From: Octopus bimaculoides
Lineage: Eukaryota
Length of the DNA stretch: 33,969 nucleotides
NCBI RefSeq assembly: GCF_001194135.2
Contig: NC_068986.1
Location: 102,727,777 to 102,761,745, forward strand
Direction of reading: 5' to 3'
This document shows positions 33,933-33,969 of the stretch, one piece after another. A program made the position numbers and the translations under genes. How positions within the stretch are numbered: position 1 is the stretch's first letter; each line of letters starts with the position of its first letter. Under the pieces are notes generated by a model that did no database searches, was not told the DNA's origin, and worked only from the letters and a program-made list of their open reading frames with translations.

Positions 33933-33969
<37 letters not shown>

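Noticed and set aside
1-33969. CRISPR array, rRNA, intact tRNA or prokaryotic operon
   Set aside because: None seen. The repeats are microsatellites, SINE/LINE fragments and short tandem units without unique spacers.

Overview
AT-rich eukaryotic non-coding DNA from a draft assembly, with 12 N-gaps that mostly open at (TA)n microsatellites. The repeat families look cephalopod, probably Octopus; this is pattern recognition, not a database result. No intact, identifiable protein-coding gene is present, and nearly all long ORFs in the track are microsatellite or N-gap artefacts. The window is a retroelement graveyard. It holds a decayed Penelope-like element (RT + GIY-YIG, minus strand, 31424-32780) with a tRNA-like Pol III module just after its stop codon and an inverted minimal hammerhead-ribozyme (HHR) motif at its 5' junction. 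It also has a spacer-less ~250-bp palindrome with an HHR-like core in each arm, several R4/Dong-type fragments embedded in (AAT)n tracts, and fossils of CR1-like, RTE-like and HERO/NeSL-like LINEs. Three tRNA-derived SINE families (two TSD-flanked copies share a head but have different tails) and a 202-bp MITE are also present. The best candidate for host coding sequence is a CpG-rich cluster of three tiny spliceable exons at 15894-16254.
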